A stretch of DNA of 61,236 nucleotides, counting the filler, from Platydemus manokwari (taxonomy: Eukaryota): NCBI GenBank assembly GCA_037951405.1. It is 5 parts of 5 records of this genome, joined end to end, with 100 filler letters (N's around TTAATTAATTAA, not from the genome) between each part and the next. Parts side by side here need not be neighbours in the genome. Positions count along the whole stretch, not along the records: positions 23,744 to 32,909 come from JBBMOY011289207.1; positions 33,010 to 43,142 come from JBBMOY011165435.1; 3 more parts are not named here. One strand, given 5' to 3'. This document shows positions 25,291 to 38,745 of the stretch, piece after piece (positions within the stretch are counted from its first letter, which is position 1; each line of letters opens with the position of its first letter). A program made the translations under genes and the position numbers. Below the pieces are notes generated by a model. It had not been told where the DNA came from. It made no database searches and worked only from the letters and a program-made list of their open reading frames with translations.

Positions 25291-28200
25291 ATCCATTAAC
25301 ATCAATTTTTTTCAGAACATATTATCAGTTCTAATCGATTGCTCTTTTCTTTATGCTTACCATTTCATCCTTTCTTTACCCTTTGTTTTCTTTGGAAATT
25401 TTTACACAACCTTTATCCTTTTTTTCTTTAATTTTAGTATTTTCCATCTACATTATTCTTTGTTGTTTTTTCCTTTCACTGTTTTACGTGTGTCTTCACT
25501 GTTTCCATCTGTCATATTTTCACTTGTAGTTATGATATCTATTGGTTATTTTCTTCAACTTTTTTCAGTTTGTTTTTCATGATTCTTTTTATTCCTTTTC
25601 CTTTTTCCGCTAGCTGTGAAGAAATGTTTTAAATTTCATTCAACCTGTTTAGACGTAATCTAGATATTTATTTTAAGGAACACTTACATCTTACACGGGA
25701 AATAATCAACTAAATTATCCTTGTTTGATTTCTCCTTAAAAAATAACAAGAGCCTGGTGGTAATAATTAATGTACTTCATTTTTAATAAATTCGCTTTTT
25801 TTCTTTTAATGATTTAAAAATAAATTCGTTCTCTTTTCACTATTTTCATTCGTTCCTTTTTGTCCTTAAGATTTACGGACAATATATTATTGAGAAGAAT
25901 AAAAACCAGGTAATCCTTGAGGAATACACACTCGCGAGGTCAAATAACGATTATTTACACATTTAGATCGTATAGTTTAATTTCTGAAACAATTCAACAA
26001 CCCTCCTTCCTCTGCCTTTTCATAATTGGTGAGAGCTTATCAATTAACATAGATTAAGGAAATTTCGACTTTGTTAGCGACCTAATTAACCAGAAAACCG
26101 TATTGAACAAGAAAACCAAAAGCGAAAATTCTCCATTAATATTTTTTCCATAACGAAACTTTTCTTTTCAATGTCCATGACAAGAATTTGTGAATCCTAA
26201 CCCAATTAGTCTGTAACTTAGGGTTAATTCCAAAACCTCAAGTGAATTTATTGTGTGAACCGTCTCTAATAATGCATTTGCTAGTGATAATGAAATCAAA
26301 TTATCTTTGTTTTTGATAAGACAATTAAATATATTCTTTATTTATGCTGCTTTGGGAAACGGTAAACGAAAAATTGTCATGTCTGACGAATCTTTTTTAT
26401 CACAAACAGAATTTTCTACGTCAGAAAATAAATTATCAGTAGAAGATCTTTCGAAAATAGATTGTGACAAAAATGATGCTCAATATTTGTTTTCGATTTG
26501 CAGGATTTAATGTAACTGTCGACGACTAAGACAGAGGAGATGTGGATTAAAATTTAATAATAATTGGTCAGTAAATTGATCTATAAGAATATGATTTACT
26601 AGAATTTGAGGCATTATCAATAATCCAGTTATCAATAATAATAATAATAATATCACAAATAATAGAAATATCAAAGTTAGTTTGTTTTAGTTTTATATTC
26701 AAAGCCATCAAGTTGAGGTATCCTTTATGTAGAATCAGACAATGACAAATTAAAGAAGAGACCTAACAATTGATTTTCAAAGAATTACTCTGGTTACACC
26801 TGTGAATATATTTAGGTAGTAATTTAAGGAAGAGTTTTTTAGAATGTATCAGTATGCAGACGGTATTGGTGTGTGATGAGAATAGCTATACTAGGATCGC
26901 ATTTGCAGAAATTAACCAGATACCTCCCGATTAAGGGTAATGTCACACTGACAGTAAAAAATGGGTTAATTACATCCAATTAAACGTGCCTTAACAGATT
27001 TAACATGAAGTTCAAAAATTCGATATTTGTATAGAACTGAAGGTTTATACTGATCGAGCAAAAATGCTGACTCTACCAGAAGAATTTGGCCCTTTCAAAA
27101 AACAAAAACCAAGTCACCGTTATGTTTAATATGACTCACCTGACAAGATGTGGCCCATAGATTGAATTTATAGGTCAAGAGCTATTGTAGTGCTATATAA
27201 AGAGAAAATTTTCTATAAATCGCATTTGGTCAATGAATAGATCTATGATTTGACCTTAAAAGATGTTTCCTGCAATGCATCTCTCAGAGTATATATTTTC
27301 TGAATGCTCTTAAGTTGTCTAATCGTACATTTTTGATTAAATGAAAATAGCGACAACCGTTTTTCCAAACTAGACGTGTAGTGTACTGGATGTATCTGTC
27401 ACGTTTTATCTGATGTTTTCATTCAACCATGTAGCCTCATAAAATAGTATCTAATCAAGTTTCATAATCTCACATATTGATTATCTCACCCAGGTTAGGT
27501 TGGTAAGAATCCGACTGCCTGACTAGCAGGATGATTTGATGTAACCTTTTTTGTTCTCCGGGTCCCGATGGATACTATTCACGTGTTAGAGCACTGATCA
27601 CTTCAGAATCAACAATGATTATGGCCTATTATCGGACTCAACAGGAGATATATTCACTTTCATTGCTGAAAGATCTAAACCTGATCCGTCTAGGAGAATA
27701 ACTGAAATATGTACAAAATCATAAGATTCAATATGGTTGTGCGATAAAAAGTATAAGTTGTTAAAAAAATCAAAAATTAATAAGTATAGATTATCTATTT
27801 GTTGAATGATACGATGCAGCGACGACAGGTGACAATGAGTGAGTAATATTATTTGGAGGTGATAATTACAATCGTGCTGATGATAAATGGATGGTTTTCA
27901 GAGATTATATGATTATTGTGGGTCGGTTATTTGTGATATTTGTGGTTTTGCTGGAGAAAATAAGAAATTTGTGATCGCTTTTGTGCTGTTTTCACTGAGT
28001 AGGGAGCTGACTTTGGCATTGAAAGCAGACCGGATCACTTGTGTGATAAATAAGGTTGATAATTCGTTGGTTTTATTGTTATCTTTATTCAAATAATCGA
28101 AAATACTGGGTATATTAATCAATATTTGCTCATATTACTCATCATTATATCGATTCCACATACAGACGTAATCAATAAACATCAAATATTTTATTATTAT

Positions 28201-30499
28201 TAAACGAAATTAATAAATCAATATTTATAGCGTGTAACAAACACAATCCTATTATTCCAATCATATTAAACGAATCTCCATACTATACGAAACCATTTTT
28301 ATCGATTTAAAATGAACTATTATTAAAACAAAAAATGATTCTATAAATCTATTATATAATTAAAATCGAACTTTCAAATCAATAATTCGATCGATATTAA
28401 AATTGCAATTAACTCAATTGCATCTAATCGAACATCTGATGGATAAAAGTATATTTTTCCTGAGATAATTACAACAAATCTGTTGTAAATTCCGATATTT
28501 ACACAACAACGTAATAAATAATTCGATAATTAATAAGCGATTTGTTTTTGTTTTACTTTTTTAAATCTTTTTAATTCTTCAATAATCGGTGTTCAAGTTT
28601 GACTGACTTCATCAAACCCACCTCGTCATTTTCCATGAAGAGAAATCATATCTGAAATTCTTGTCTAAATTCTGCGTATGTGATGTCTTCAAATAATAGT
28701 CATGTCGTCTTGGAAACGAGAAATAAAGTAGTTGTAAAAATAAATAGATGCTAATCAATAACCATCGCAAAATTCAATTATTTATAATGAAATGAAAGTG
28801 ATATTTGTGCTTCTGGTAACCCAGTGTCTCCATAGCAACTGGAAGTGTGAAATAAAATTTAACCGAAATGCATCTGCTCCATCGTGCCCATATATCGTTG
28901 CTATCCAATGCATTTCATAGATAAATCCGTTCAATTTTATTCACAAATTTAAAAATCCCAATAAGAAAAACCTGGTTGACAAAATTAATTTTTAAATGTC
29001 AGAAATTTTGACTTATTTTTGAAAAATAATGCTGATTAATGTTTTATCGAGGGTTCTGCTTGTCATTGGAATTTGTTGAGAGCGATCGCTTAGTAATGAC
29101 AGAGTATTCCCATCCAAATATAAACCGATATTCGATTGAGGAATTGGAGCCTTAACCGGGTTGAAATTATTTCCTGTCTGTAGTAATAATTGGTAGACTG
29201 ATTCTGCAGTTTTTCCATTTTTTAATTGTTTATAATATCTATCCACGTTTTTATAATAGGAGCTTCTTGTGAATAATTATTGATTTTTCGAAAGAAAAAT
29301 CGATTTATTTCCTTTTTTTTATGATCTAAGAAATAATTCTTCTTCTTTTGAAATCGAGGATTTGATAGACGTAATTAGGAACACTCAATCTAATTATATC
29401 ATGAGATCCGTGACTCAACAGACTCATCATTTCACAATCTTGAACGTGATTCAATTCTTCAACAATAATTTTCCATTTTTTATAATATTAATATAATTTA
29501 TATATTAATATATTTATATATAGCAATTATACATGATCATCCTATTATTATTATCAGTTAAATATATTTGTTTAAATTAATAGAACGCAGCTTTTGAAAA
29601 TGTCCTTCGAGACTTGCATCTAAATGTTTATTGAAATAGCTTTAATCGATTCTATGGAGATTGTACTGTATTATCAGTAGCTAATTCATTCCATAGCATT
29701 TAAATCCAAAAATACATATTTTTGATCCGCCAATATTTTTGTCAATTTAACATAACAGCTCTTACTCGATTATTAAAACATATTTGACCGCAATTTTAGA
29801 AATTCGATAAATATGTTTGGAATTAATTGGTTATCTTATAAGCCCTCGAAATTTTTATAAATTAATTTTTATAATAATCACTCCACGTTGGATGGTGTGC
29901 TTATTGAATGGTACATTAACGGTACATTAATCACACAAGTCATTCGACATGGCAGATTGATCACCAGAAGTTTAGTTGGAACATTCTCCTTTTGGCGCTG
30001 TCTACCGCTGCACATATTCACTATTCGCATACTCATTTCATTTTTTGTGTCTCTTGACTATGAGTTGCTTAATGTCGACTCCACAACGTCTACATTTAGT
30101 CTTCATATTAGTCTTCACTTTAGTTATCGATCTACATCATATTAAGACTGATTAAAGTTCCAAACTTAATTACTGATCTATCAGAACACAACCTGATGAG
30201 CTCCATTAATATTTTATTAAAAATCCCTGGTAGCTATAAAATGCCAATAAAAACTGTACAGTATGAGCTCTAGTGTATTATCGATATCCAATTCGAAATT
30301 GAATCGTAATTATTTATATTTAATTTCAAAATCAATGAATGAGCTTTCGGTTTGAGTTTGGTCTTGAAAATTGTTCCGTATTACAAGAACTCAAGGCTCA
30401 TTTGTTCAATATCCAGGTACTCGGACTAAATTTTGAGTCTTGTTCAGAGATTGTCGGCTTTTTGTCCATTGTTTTCGGTTAATCAAATAGCGTTACCAA

Positions 30500-31260
30500 T
30501 GGTTAACTGCAGACCATTTATAACAAATGGTTGAAAAATATCATGGAATAATAATAATTTCATTATCAATGAGCGATACATTCACACTCAATATATGGAT
30601 TAAAGGATGTTATTGAGAGGTTTGAGAAATAACGTCAACTACTAATATCTGTAACACGTATGCAATTAATTGGGAGAAGATTTGATAACTTCCTATTGAA
30701 CTGACGTATTATGATTTAATTTATTATAGTTTATTTTGAAAAATATGGTATCGCTTAATCAAGTGAGTTGAGCTCCAAATTCTGTAGAGCAATGGTCTTA
30801 TTGAGAGAATCACTAGATCGTATGGAAAGGATTGTACGAAATCTTGAAAAGTAATGAAATGCGGTCATAATCATACTCCCTTTTCATCACCTATTTGATA
30901 GATCAATTCTATAATTTTTTTCATCCAAATATTTCTAACCAAAGGAGAAAGATTTTAAAAATCTCCTTGATATAAACAGAGATCATTGGCAGATATTGGA
31001 CCTCATTAATTTTTGAGTATGAACGATCATGTGATTGGAATTGAGAAATGAACAAAATAATTTCAATTATAACTTCCGATTCTTACATCTTGAAAAGACT
31101 ACTGATCTGTTCGATTCTTTTTCAGGAAAAAAGCGAACAAGATCCAATGACAATTTCAGTATTGATCGGAAATTATAAAATCTTGGATATGGATTTTAAA
31201 ATTATGCATTGTACAATGCTGGAGTTCCATCTAGGATTTAAGAAACTAGAATTGAGTAAA
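30500..31260. mobile_element. Degenerate Ty3/gypsy fragments: integrase core (+) and probable RT (-)
   Basis: The + strand gives EKYGI...SNGLIERITRS (~30740-30820; integrase PQSNGxxER motif). The - strand gives YQIGDEKGSMIMTAF (~30900-30855; like RT YYQI...KTAF). Many stops. Confidence 0.5.
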
Positions 31261-32002
31261 TGAGATCATAAAGTATGGAGGGTTAAAAATACTACCAGTA
31301 CGTGCATAAAACCCAGATTATTTATTTGTCAATTCATTGTAGATTCCCGTCTCTAAAATTGTAAATTCATTCTCATAAGATCAATATAAATTTCAAGGTC
31401 ATTACAAGTACTTTTATTACAAGCACATATAATCTCCTCGGATTGTCAGATGCAGTTATTGTATATCTTTTCATCAATATATGCTACGCGTTCATTATTA
31501 TATGCTTCTGATTGTCATTACATAACTACATAACATATCGTAGCTGGTTTGCGTGTAATTCCGATAATACAATACTCATCACGACTTTAAATCCAAATAT
31601 GAAGACTGACCGAAGTTATCTTTGTCCAGGTCGACAGATAAAAATTAATTAAATCCAATAATTTTTAGCAAAATCGTATATAATATCATAGCGCATTGTT
31701 GAATATCATTCTCCTTTCACAATGGTTCACTCTGATACTTTTTATCGATGATGAATTCCGTCAGAATCAATATCAAAGATCGAATTCTCGCTAAGTGTAC
31801 TACTTGGTTTATAAATAAATCCTTAAGTACGTTTTGATCCTCTAGCCAAATAAAAATTAATATTAACATCAAGAAAAATTGAAGAGCAGAAGTAATTCAA
31901 TAACGAAATGTAAAATCTTATCTTTTTCCATAATAAAATTAATTTGAATTTTTTTCTGATCTGGGAGAGAAGATTATTACTTATTTATGAATTCATTTTT
32001 AG

Positions 32003-32563
32003 TCTTCAACGAACATAAATCCAAATGCTTAGTTGCCCAAGAAAAAGAAGCTCAATCATGCGTGAAAGACAATGCACCGGTGATCGATGAGGCGATTAAA
32101 GACATTGAAAATCGATCGCAAGACACATTCAGCAATCTGGATTTATATTATAACAACATACGAATGATTCTAAACAAATACGAATGCAAGTAAGTGAAGG
32201 AATTGGTTATCATTTTAGATGATGTTTATATTTGATATTGATCGTTCCAGAGTTTCCAAAATGAAATTGGTTTGTTTATATGACCTTCTACACGATCGCT
32301 GCCCACCAGACGCAGTGAGGCTCATTTTGAATTATTTTAAAGAGACTCTCCCATCATTATGTCATTACAATTACGAACAACAGCTTCAAAATTTTATGGA
32401 AAAATCCGAACAAAATAAACAACATCATTCGACCATTTCTCTTTATCCCATTTTTGATAGATACAAGAACAATAACAATGCTGTATGCACTGTGACAAAT
32501 TCCTTGTTTTATTTAATTGGTTTTGTGATATTAGAATTACTGAATGTGATTTTGTTTTACTGA
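32003..32563 (+). CDS. Last two exons (32003-32189, 32251-32563) of a cysteine-containing helical, probably membrane/GPI-anchored protein
   Basis: TTTTTAG acceptor, AA|GTAAGT donor and TTCCAG acceptor join the two track ORFs in frame across a 61-nt intron. Spaced cysteines; C-terminal hydrophobic tail SLFYLIGFVILELLNVILFY*. Confidence 0.7.
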
Positions 32564-32834
32564 ATCATATTTTACGTTTGGAAAAGCTGGATTTTCTGAA
32601 AGTAATTGCAATGGGATTGAATTTTTTGTACATTTATGAAAGAAATGTTTAATTCAAATAGTTCTGTCCACCAAACAATCCGAGACAGATTTCTGATAGC
32701 TTATTGATAATTTTGTAAAAAAAATAAATTATTATTCACACTCTCGATTTTTGAAATGTTATTATTAGTTTATTCCATCGGATTGGAAATACTTGTAAGC
32801 CGCTATTATTAAATAGTACACGCATTGAAGACCA

Positions 32835-32835
<1 letters not shown>

Positions 32836-32909
<74 letters not shown>
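32836..32909. repeat. (CTAT)n microsatellite at segment end
   Basis: Perfect tetranucleotide run into the linker. Confidence 0.97.
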
Positions 32910-33009
32910 NNNNNNNNNNNNNNNNNNNNNNNNNNNNNNNNNNNNNNNNNNNNTTAATTAATTAANNNNNNNNNNNNNNNNNNNNNNNNNNNNNNNNNNN
33001 NNNNNNNNN
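32910..33009. other. Artificial contig linker N44-TTAATTAATTAA-N44
   Basis: Identical 100-nt spacer. Confidence 0.97.
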
Positions 33010-34311
33010 CTATAATAATAATATTATTATTTATTTAATATCATTTTCATAGTGATACAGAAATATGTCTCATTAATTTTAATGTTAAAGATAAAACGGT
33101 TTCATTTACGAAAACTAATCAGAAAGAGAATCCAAAATACGATTTTTTGCCATCATGGTTTCGAGAAAAATTCGTATAAATTTTACAGAATCATATTTAA
33201 TATCTGAATCATATCTTTACATTAGTTTAACTGGATATTTTTTATTATCTTTCAATTTTTGTGATATTTTAGAAATATAATTTTGTGAATTTTTTATTAC
33301 TCAAGTTTCGAGGCTTTTCATTTGTTTATTAATTTTGCGGATATCCTATTTGATCATAGTAATGAGTAAAATGGTTTTATTAAATCCAATAGGCATTCTA
33401 TACTTGGATCTCCATTTTATTTGTCAGCGAGTCTCGTCATAACACCTAAGTGACACGCGCTATACTGGCTTCTCTTAAACAATTAAGCAGCAATAGTATA
33501 CATTAGTTTTTGATACGAGCATCTTTAAATACTCACTCGTATTTAATACTCGTATTTAATACTCACTCACATTTTAAATCAATAAAAAAATGTGTGTGTG
33601 TATTCAAGTGGATTAAAAAAACAGTAATGACAATTGTCAATAGCAATATAACATCATTCGAGTAAAGAGATTTGTATCAAAAACCCCTCTTAAAGGTAAT
33701 TGGTTTTGCTCCAAGAGTGTTGAGTTTATCAACCGTCTCTTAATCTAGAATTTGTTAGGATAATCGTTTAAGTATCATTTTTATTTTGTGTATAACAGCA
33801 TTTGTAAAATCATTTTTATAAACCATTTTTATCGGTATTAATTGTTGTATCAATAAACATTACTGCATTCAGAGTTTGTGTTCATTGACTGAAAATAATA
33901 GTTAATAGTTTTACAGAGACTGTTAATAGAAATAAAATATATGGATCATTTTTGTCGTATATATTGTCCCCATACAATATTATAGGCGAGGCGAATAAAG
34001 AAAACAATAAGGTTTAGAATTGTACTTCGGGCTTGGTTAGAATCACGAGACGCTGATTAGACAACTTTTGATTTATCTCAATATATAAATAAAATTAGAT
34101 ACTGATAATTAAAATAAAATATTAAAAACCCCAAAACACATCATATTTATTCCAAGTAAAAGCTTTGGAGGATAATAAAGTAACTGATGAAGAAATAGTT
34201 AAAGCTGATTATTAAAGATTTACCTGAAAAACAATTGAGGATTCAAAATGCAAATTAAATTAAGGATGAAAAAAGAAACAATGGGAAGTTAATAAGAATC
34301 ATAAGCGAGAG

Positions 34312-34920
34312 TTGAGGGGAAAATATCGTGAGGATTCAAATATGTATCAAAAGTATTCATACTGTTTATGTATTAAAAAATTTAATAACTATTATATTAA
34401 TAAAAAGAATACGATCAAATTTATATGGAATAATATTATAAAAATAATAGAGTTAAAATACTTTAAAGACAAAAAGAATATAGACAAATTCATGAGCAAG
34501 ATATTAATCAATATCAAAAAGATTATCAAAATACTTGATTATAAGAAAGAATACAATCAAATTCGTAAACAAGAGATTAATGAATATCGGACTCATAAAT
34601 ATCATAATTTCCATCACGTGAGAATACAAAATCATCAAAAAAATTCAATACGAAAAGCTATAACTGAAAATATAAATTCTGATAATTTAAATAAATATCT
34701 TGTTTGTTCATATGATAAATTAGAAGACTGGTTAGAATAGCAATTCGATGAGAATATGTATTGGGAAGTTATTGGCATATTGATAAATTTTTATTATTAA
34801 GTAAATTCGATTTTACAGTTGAAGAATATTTTGAAAAATGTTATTCTTAAAAAAATCTTCAACCTTTACAAGACAGAAATAAATATAATTAAAAGTAAGA
34901 AAATTGATTTAGAAATGATA
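34312..34920 (+). pseudogene. Decayed HNH-like endonuclease of the type found in large DNA viruses and Polinton-like elements
   Basis: Reads KYLVCSYDKLEDWLE*QFDENMYWE, then after a frameshift SYWHIDK...SKFDFTVEEYFEKCYS*KNLQPL. This fits the recalled family pattern LGCS...WLE.QF...M.W.NYG.WHIDH...FDL......KCF...NLQPL. Confidence 0.72.
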
Positions 34921-34989
34921 AATAACCAAATTTAGAAAGATAATAATTTTGAGGAAGATTGTGAAATAGAAATTGTAAATAATTATTTA

Positions 34990-36260
34990 ATGTGGCTGAA
35001 TTAAAAAAAATGAAAGGTGTAGTATTAATTCCGTCCTCACAAATAAATTTCTTTTGGTCAATATTTTGTAACGCTAATTTATTAGTTATGGATAATTGAA
35101 TATCATGTTTATTATAACCAAACATTCTTTAAATAAATCCATATTCATTTCTTTATCGATGACTGCTTTTTTAATTCATTTATTTTTATTTTTTTAGATT
35201 TTGACCTTATAGCAATCCTTTCTTTTAAAATTTGGCCATTTGATTTATCATTAAATTTCTCTGGAACTTTTTTATTTATTATGGTATACAAAGGGTGATT
35301 TATATTATAATCTGAGAAATCAAATTCATTGTTTAAATCTTCATCATTGTTAATATCTTCATAGATATCTTCAGTTTTTAATATTTAAAATATAACTGTC
35401 TGTATCGATATACAATTTCTTAATATTTTCCTTATATATAGGTTTTAAAACATTAAAAAATATTCATACATTAATAATTTACTTTACTCTTAAATACAAA
35501 ATCCTAAATAAATTGGTTTATTCAATTTTACTTGCTTTTTATGATAAAGTATTGTAAACAATCCATTACTAATTAATTGATCTTTTAAAAATTGGTTTGG
35601 TATTTTGTTTTCTGGGATTAATTGGATCAGAAATTAATTTTATATTTCAATTTTTCCCGAAAGAAAGCATTAGTCTTTACTTTCTAGATACTTTTCTTAA
35701 ATTCGCTTGTACCATGTGTTCTTAGATTTGTATTTGATTGAATATATTCTTTTAATCACTCTTTTTGAAAACAAACTGTTACTCTATCTACCTGTTATTT
35801 TAATTCCCATTTTCAAATAAAATATTAAGTTTCTTTAATTAACAATATAATTTTTTTCTGTTTGATCAAAAATTAATAATTTTGATAATGAAATTTTTTC
35901 TATCTTAATTTCTTTTTAATTATCATTAATCCTTTTGAGATTAATTAATGATTCAGATCTTTTCAAATCTTCATTTAATTTACTTATTTGATCTAGGTCA
36001 ATCCATTTAAGTTTCATAAGGTCATGGTCAGCTCATTGCCCATCCAAATAAATTATTAGCAACAATATACAATAAATATTTATTTTCAAAATATTTACTT
36101 AAATCAAAATTTATTTAGTATTTCATAAGTGTCGTTTTCACATTTGTTGAAATCTTCAATTATATTTTTAAATTCATTTTCTTCTGGATAATAATAACAA
36201 TCTATATCTTCATTATTAAATTTATTATTTGCTTTAACATATCTCTTCAGAATCCATAAC
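34990..36260 (-). pseudogene. Polinton/Maverick-type protein-primed family B DNA polymerase, C-terminal half, decayed
   Basis: Collinear motifs on the - strand: RYVKANNK; KYLLYIVANNLFGWAMS*P*PY (motif A); LKEYIQSNTNLR...EFKK; KLNKPIYLGFCI*E*SKLLMYEY; LYIDTDSYI (motif C, ~35394-35405); FDFSDY...HPLY...NKKVP.KF; NKLAL..DQKKFICEDGINTTP. Confidence 0.9.
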
Positions 36261-37537
36261 AATGACGTGTTTGATCTGAAGATATTATAATGCTTTAGTT
36301 GGGTATAAAAAAATATTTTTATTGTTTCAGTAGAGTATGATGTAGAGGTTGATCAAACTCAAACACAAGTGGAATACCCGATTATTTTGATTATGCGAGT
36401 TTATTCAATCAAAATAACAGATGAAATTTATATCGATAGCTTCCATTTGAAATACACTTTAAGGTTTCAAGTTTTCATCAAAATTTTCATTAAATTACTA
36501 AGGAACAGTTTTATGACACAGAACATTTAAAAACCAATCAATTTTATAAAATAAATGGTTAATACGAATTTATTTTTTGTTAGTCAATAGCGTCTCTTGT
36601 CTGATGAATCTGCATATCTAAATACCAATTATTACCCCATTATTGAACTAACTCTATATCGTAACTGTAGGTATTTAAACAATCTGATGTTTGAGTTTTA
36701 CACATTTTGATAAATTTTTTTCATTGATTTAAATAGAAAATTCGAATTTTTATCTAATTCAATTGTGATGCAAAACTAGACAATTCAAATCCTAATGTAG
36801 TGCAATATTATCGATGCGAACATGTTTTATCAGAGGTCAAACTTTCAAAATATCAAAGTCAACTGATATTAAATTTTTAGCATGAAATCACAAATACTTA
36901 AAGCCATAAACTTTCTTTACCCGAAATATGTTGCACAACAAAAACAGAAGTAAATATTTTTGAAGTTTCGTCTTCATACATCTAGGAAATTTTTCTTCAA
37001 AAGTAAAATCACCACCTACACTTATGTTCAATTTTTTACTATTCCAAAAACAATACCAATTTCTTGGATGTAAATCATAATTATATTTTACATAATTTTT
37101 AGGAAGGTCGTCCTTAAAAATTACATTGTCAAAAATATAACAACCTTTTTGCAAAAGACATTCAGTAGTCATTTTTGATTTATTGTTTTCATCTTTTTGT
37201 TGGAATCCCCACCTAACACACTTGACATTAAAACAAAACCCAAATGAAAATAAAAAACATTAAAATAAATCCCAAGTGTAAAAAAATTCTTCCCTAAATT
37301 GAAAATAAATCAGATCGCTATAGCTATGTAACCCAGTTAAAGCTAATACATAGATTTCCCAAATATAAATTATTTTCCCTCCAAAATATGCGCCGTATGG
37401 ACTGAGTTGCCAAGAAATAATCTAGTTGCCGAGAGATAATCAATTCAAATATGCTGCGAGCCAACAATCCACCATCCCTCAACTTTGGACATCAAAATTA
37501 ACAATTTATTAACAGTTGATTTATTCTTTATTCCTGT

Positions 37538-37591
37538 TTTGACAATATCCTATTGCTTTGACAATATCCTATTGCTTTGACAACATCCTAT
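37538..37591. repeat. 19-bp tandem repeat x3 (TTTGACAATATCCTATTGC)
   Basis: Two perfect units and one variant unit. Confidence 0.9.
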
Positions 37592-37710
37592 TTATGTGTT
37601 ACCCAATAATTGGGTTTAGTTATGTAGTGTTACAATTTTATATTCAACAATGATATTTACTTGTACTGCGTGTGTATTTAATATTATTTTACTTTATTTT
37701 TATTTTTTAT

Positions 37711-38745
37711 TGTAAAATCCGGTGAAAGATAAAAACACGGAGAAGGTTAAAATAATTAAATAATAAAAATAATTAATAATAAAGAAGCAGAAAGGAAAGG
37801 AAAATAATAATAATAAATAAAAGGAGTATAATAAATAATAATACTAAATAATAAGAAACAGCTAGTTAATGAAATAAAATAAGTACTATTAGCAAAACTA
37901 ACCGTGAGAACGAAGCAATCAAGAACGCATAAAGCGTGAAAAAAATCAGCAACAAAAACGTCGGCATGAAGAGCCGTATAGGTGGGTGGACGCGATCAGC
38001 AAGTATAAATAACAAACGCTGATCGTGGTATCACCACCCACCAAAAGGTACACAACACTGAAGTAGATCAGCTGTCACAAATTCTGAAAAGCAACAATCT
38101 TCTTAGCAAGTAAACAGAACAAGTAATCGAGTCGATCAAGAGAATAAAGAAAAAGGACGAGGAGCTAATTTTCTAACTGGGCAGACGTAATTAGTAGCAA
38201 CATTAATAGTCGACATTCAGACCTAATCTTGGAATTAGCATAATCAACATTTGGATTTATTTTTGGAGCCTATTTTAAGTAGTAAGCATAATTTGGTAGT
38301 CATTCATACATTCGATCATTAATTATTATAATCAGCTAATTGATAAATTGTCTCATTAATTAATATAATCATTTAATTGATAAATTATCTTCCGTGTTTT
38401 TTTCTTTATCTCCCATCCGACACCGGATTCCTGTTAATCGCTGAGGCGAGGTACGGGATATTAGCTCAATTTTTGTTATTCTGTTTAAAATCACTTGTAG
38501 CAATTAATTTAGTTAAATAAATCTTTGATAAACCATCGAGTTTTAGGCCCAGAGAATCAATCGGATCTCTGTGCTTCAAGTTAATCTATTAAAATTAATT
38601 GCCGACATCTTGGTCTTCAATACCAGGTGTTGAAGCCCCCATAAGAACCAGTGTCTTTAGGTTACCGCGCTAAATTATCAATTAATCCAAAATCATTCAA
38701 TCCAATAATATATTACCACCCATCCACCCATAACATCATCTTACA
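37711..38745 (+). mobile_element. Candidate solo LTR (~1.0 kb)
   Basis: TGTAA...TTACA termini; central TATAAATA (38004-38011) inside an inverted repeat; non-coding and GC-richer than the flanks. TSD not clean. Confidence 0.45.

Larger units (their letters stand above)
34150..36260. mobile_element. Polinton/Maverick (endogenous virus-like transposon) remnant
   Basis: pPolB pseudogene plus convergent viral-type endonuclease pseudogene, intronless and tightly packed. Termini not found. Confidence 0.8.

Noticed and set aside
26700-27700. Possible retrotransposon RT/integrase traces
   Set aside because: Too degraded to assign any motif with confidence.
28400-29400. Broken minus-strand coding-like region, with HWIATIY reminiscent of a Polinton cysteine protease
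   Set aside because: Only one short motif; the other catalytic motifs are not recognisable.
34312-36260. Stop-codon reassignment as an explanation for in-frame stops
   Set aside because: Stops are of all three types and accompanied by frameshifts, and host genes terminate normally. Simple decay explains them.
36888-37172. 94-aa ORF next to the Polinton remnant
   Set aside because: No recognisable family, and no evidence that it belongs to the element.
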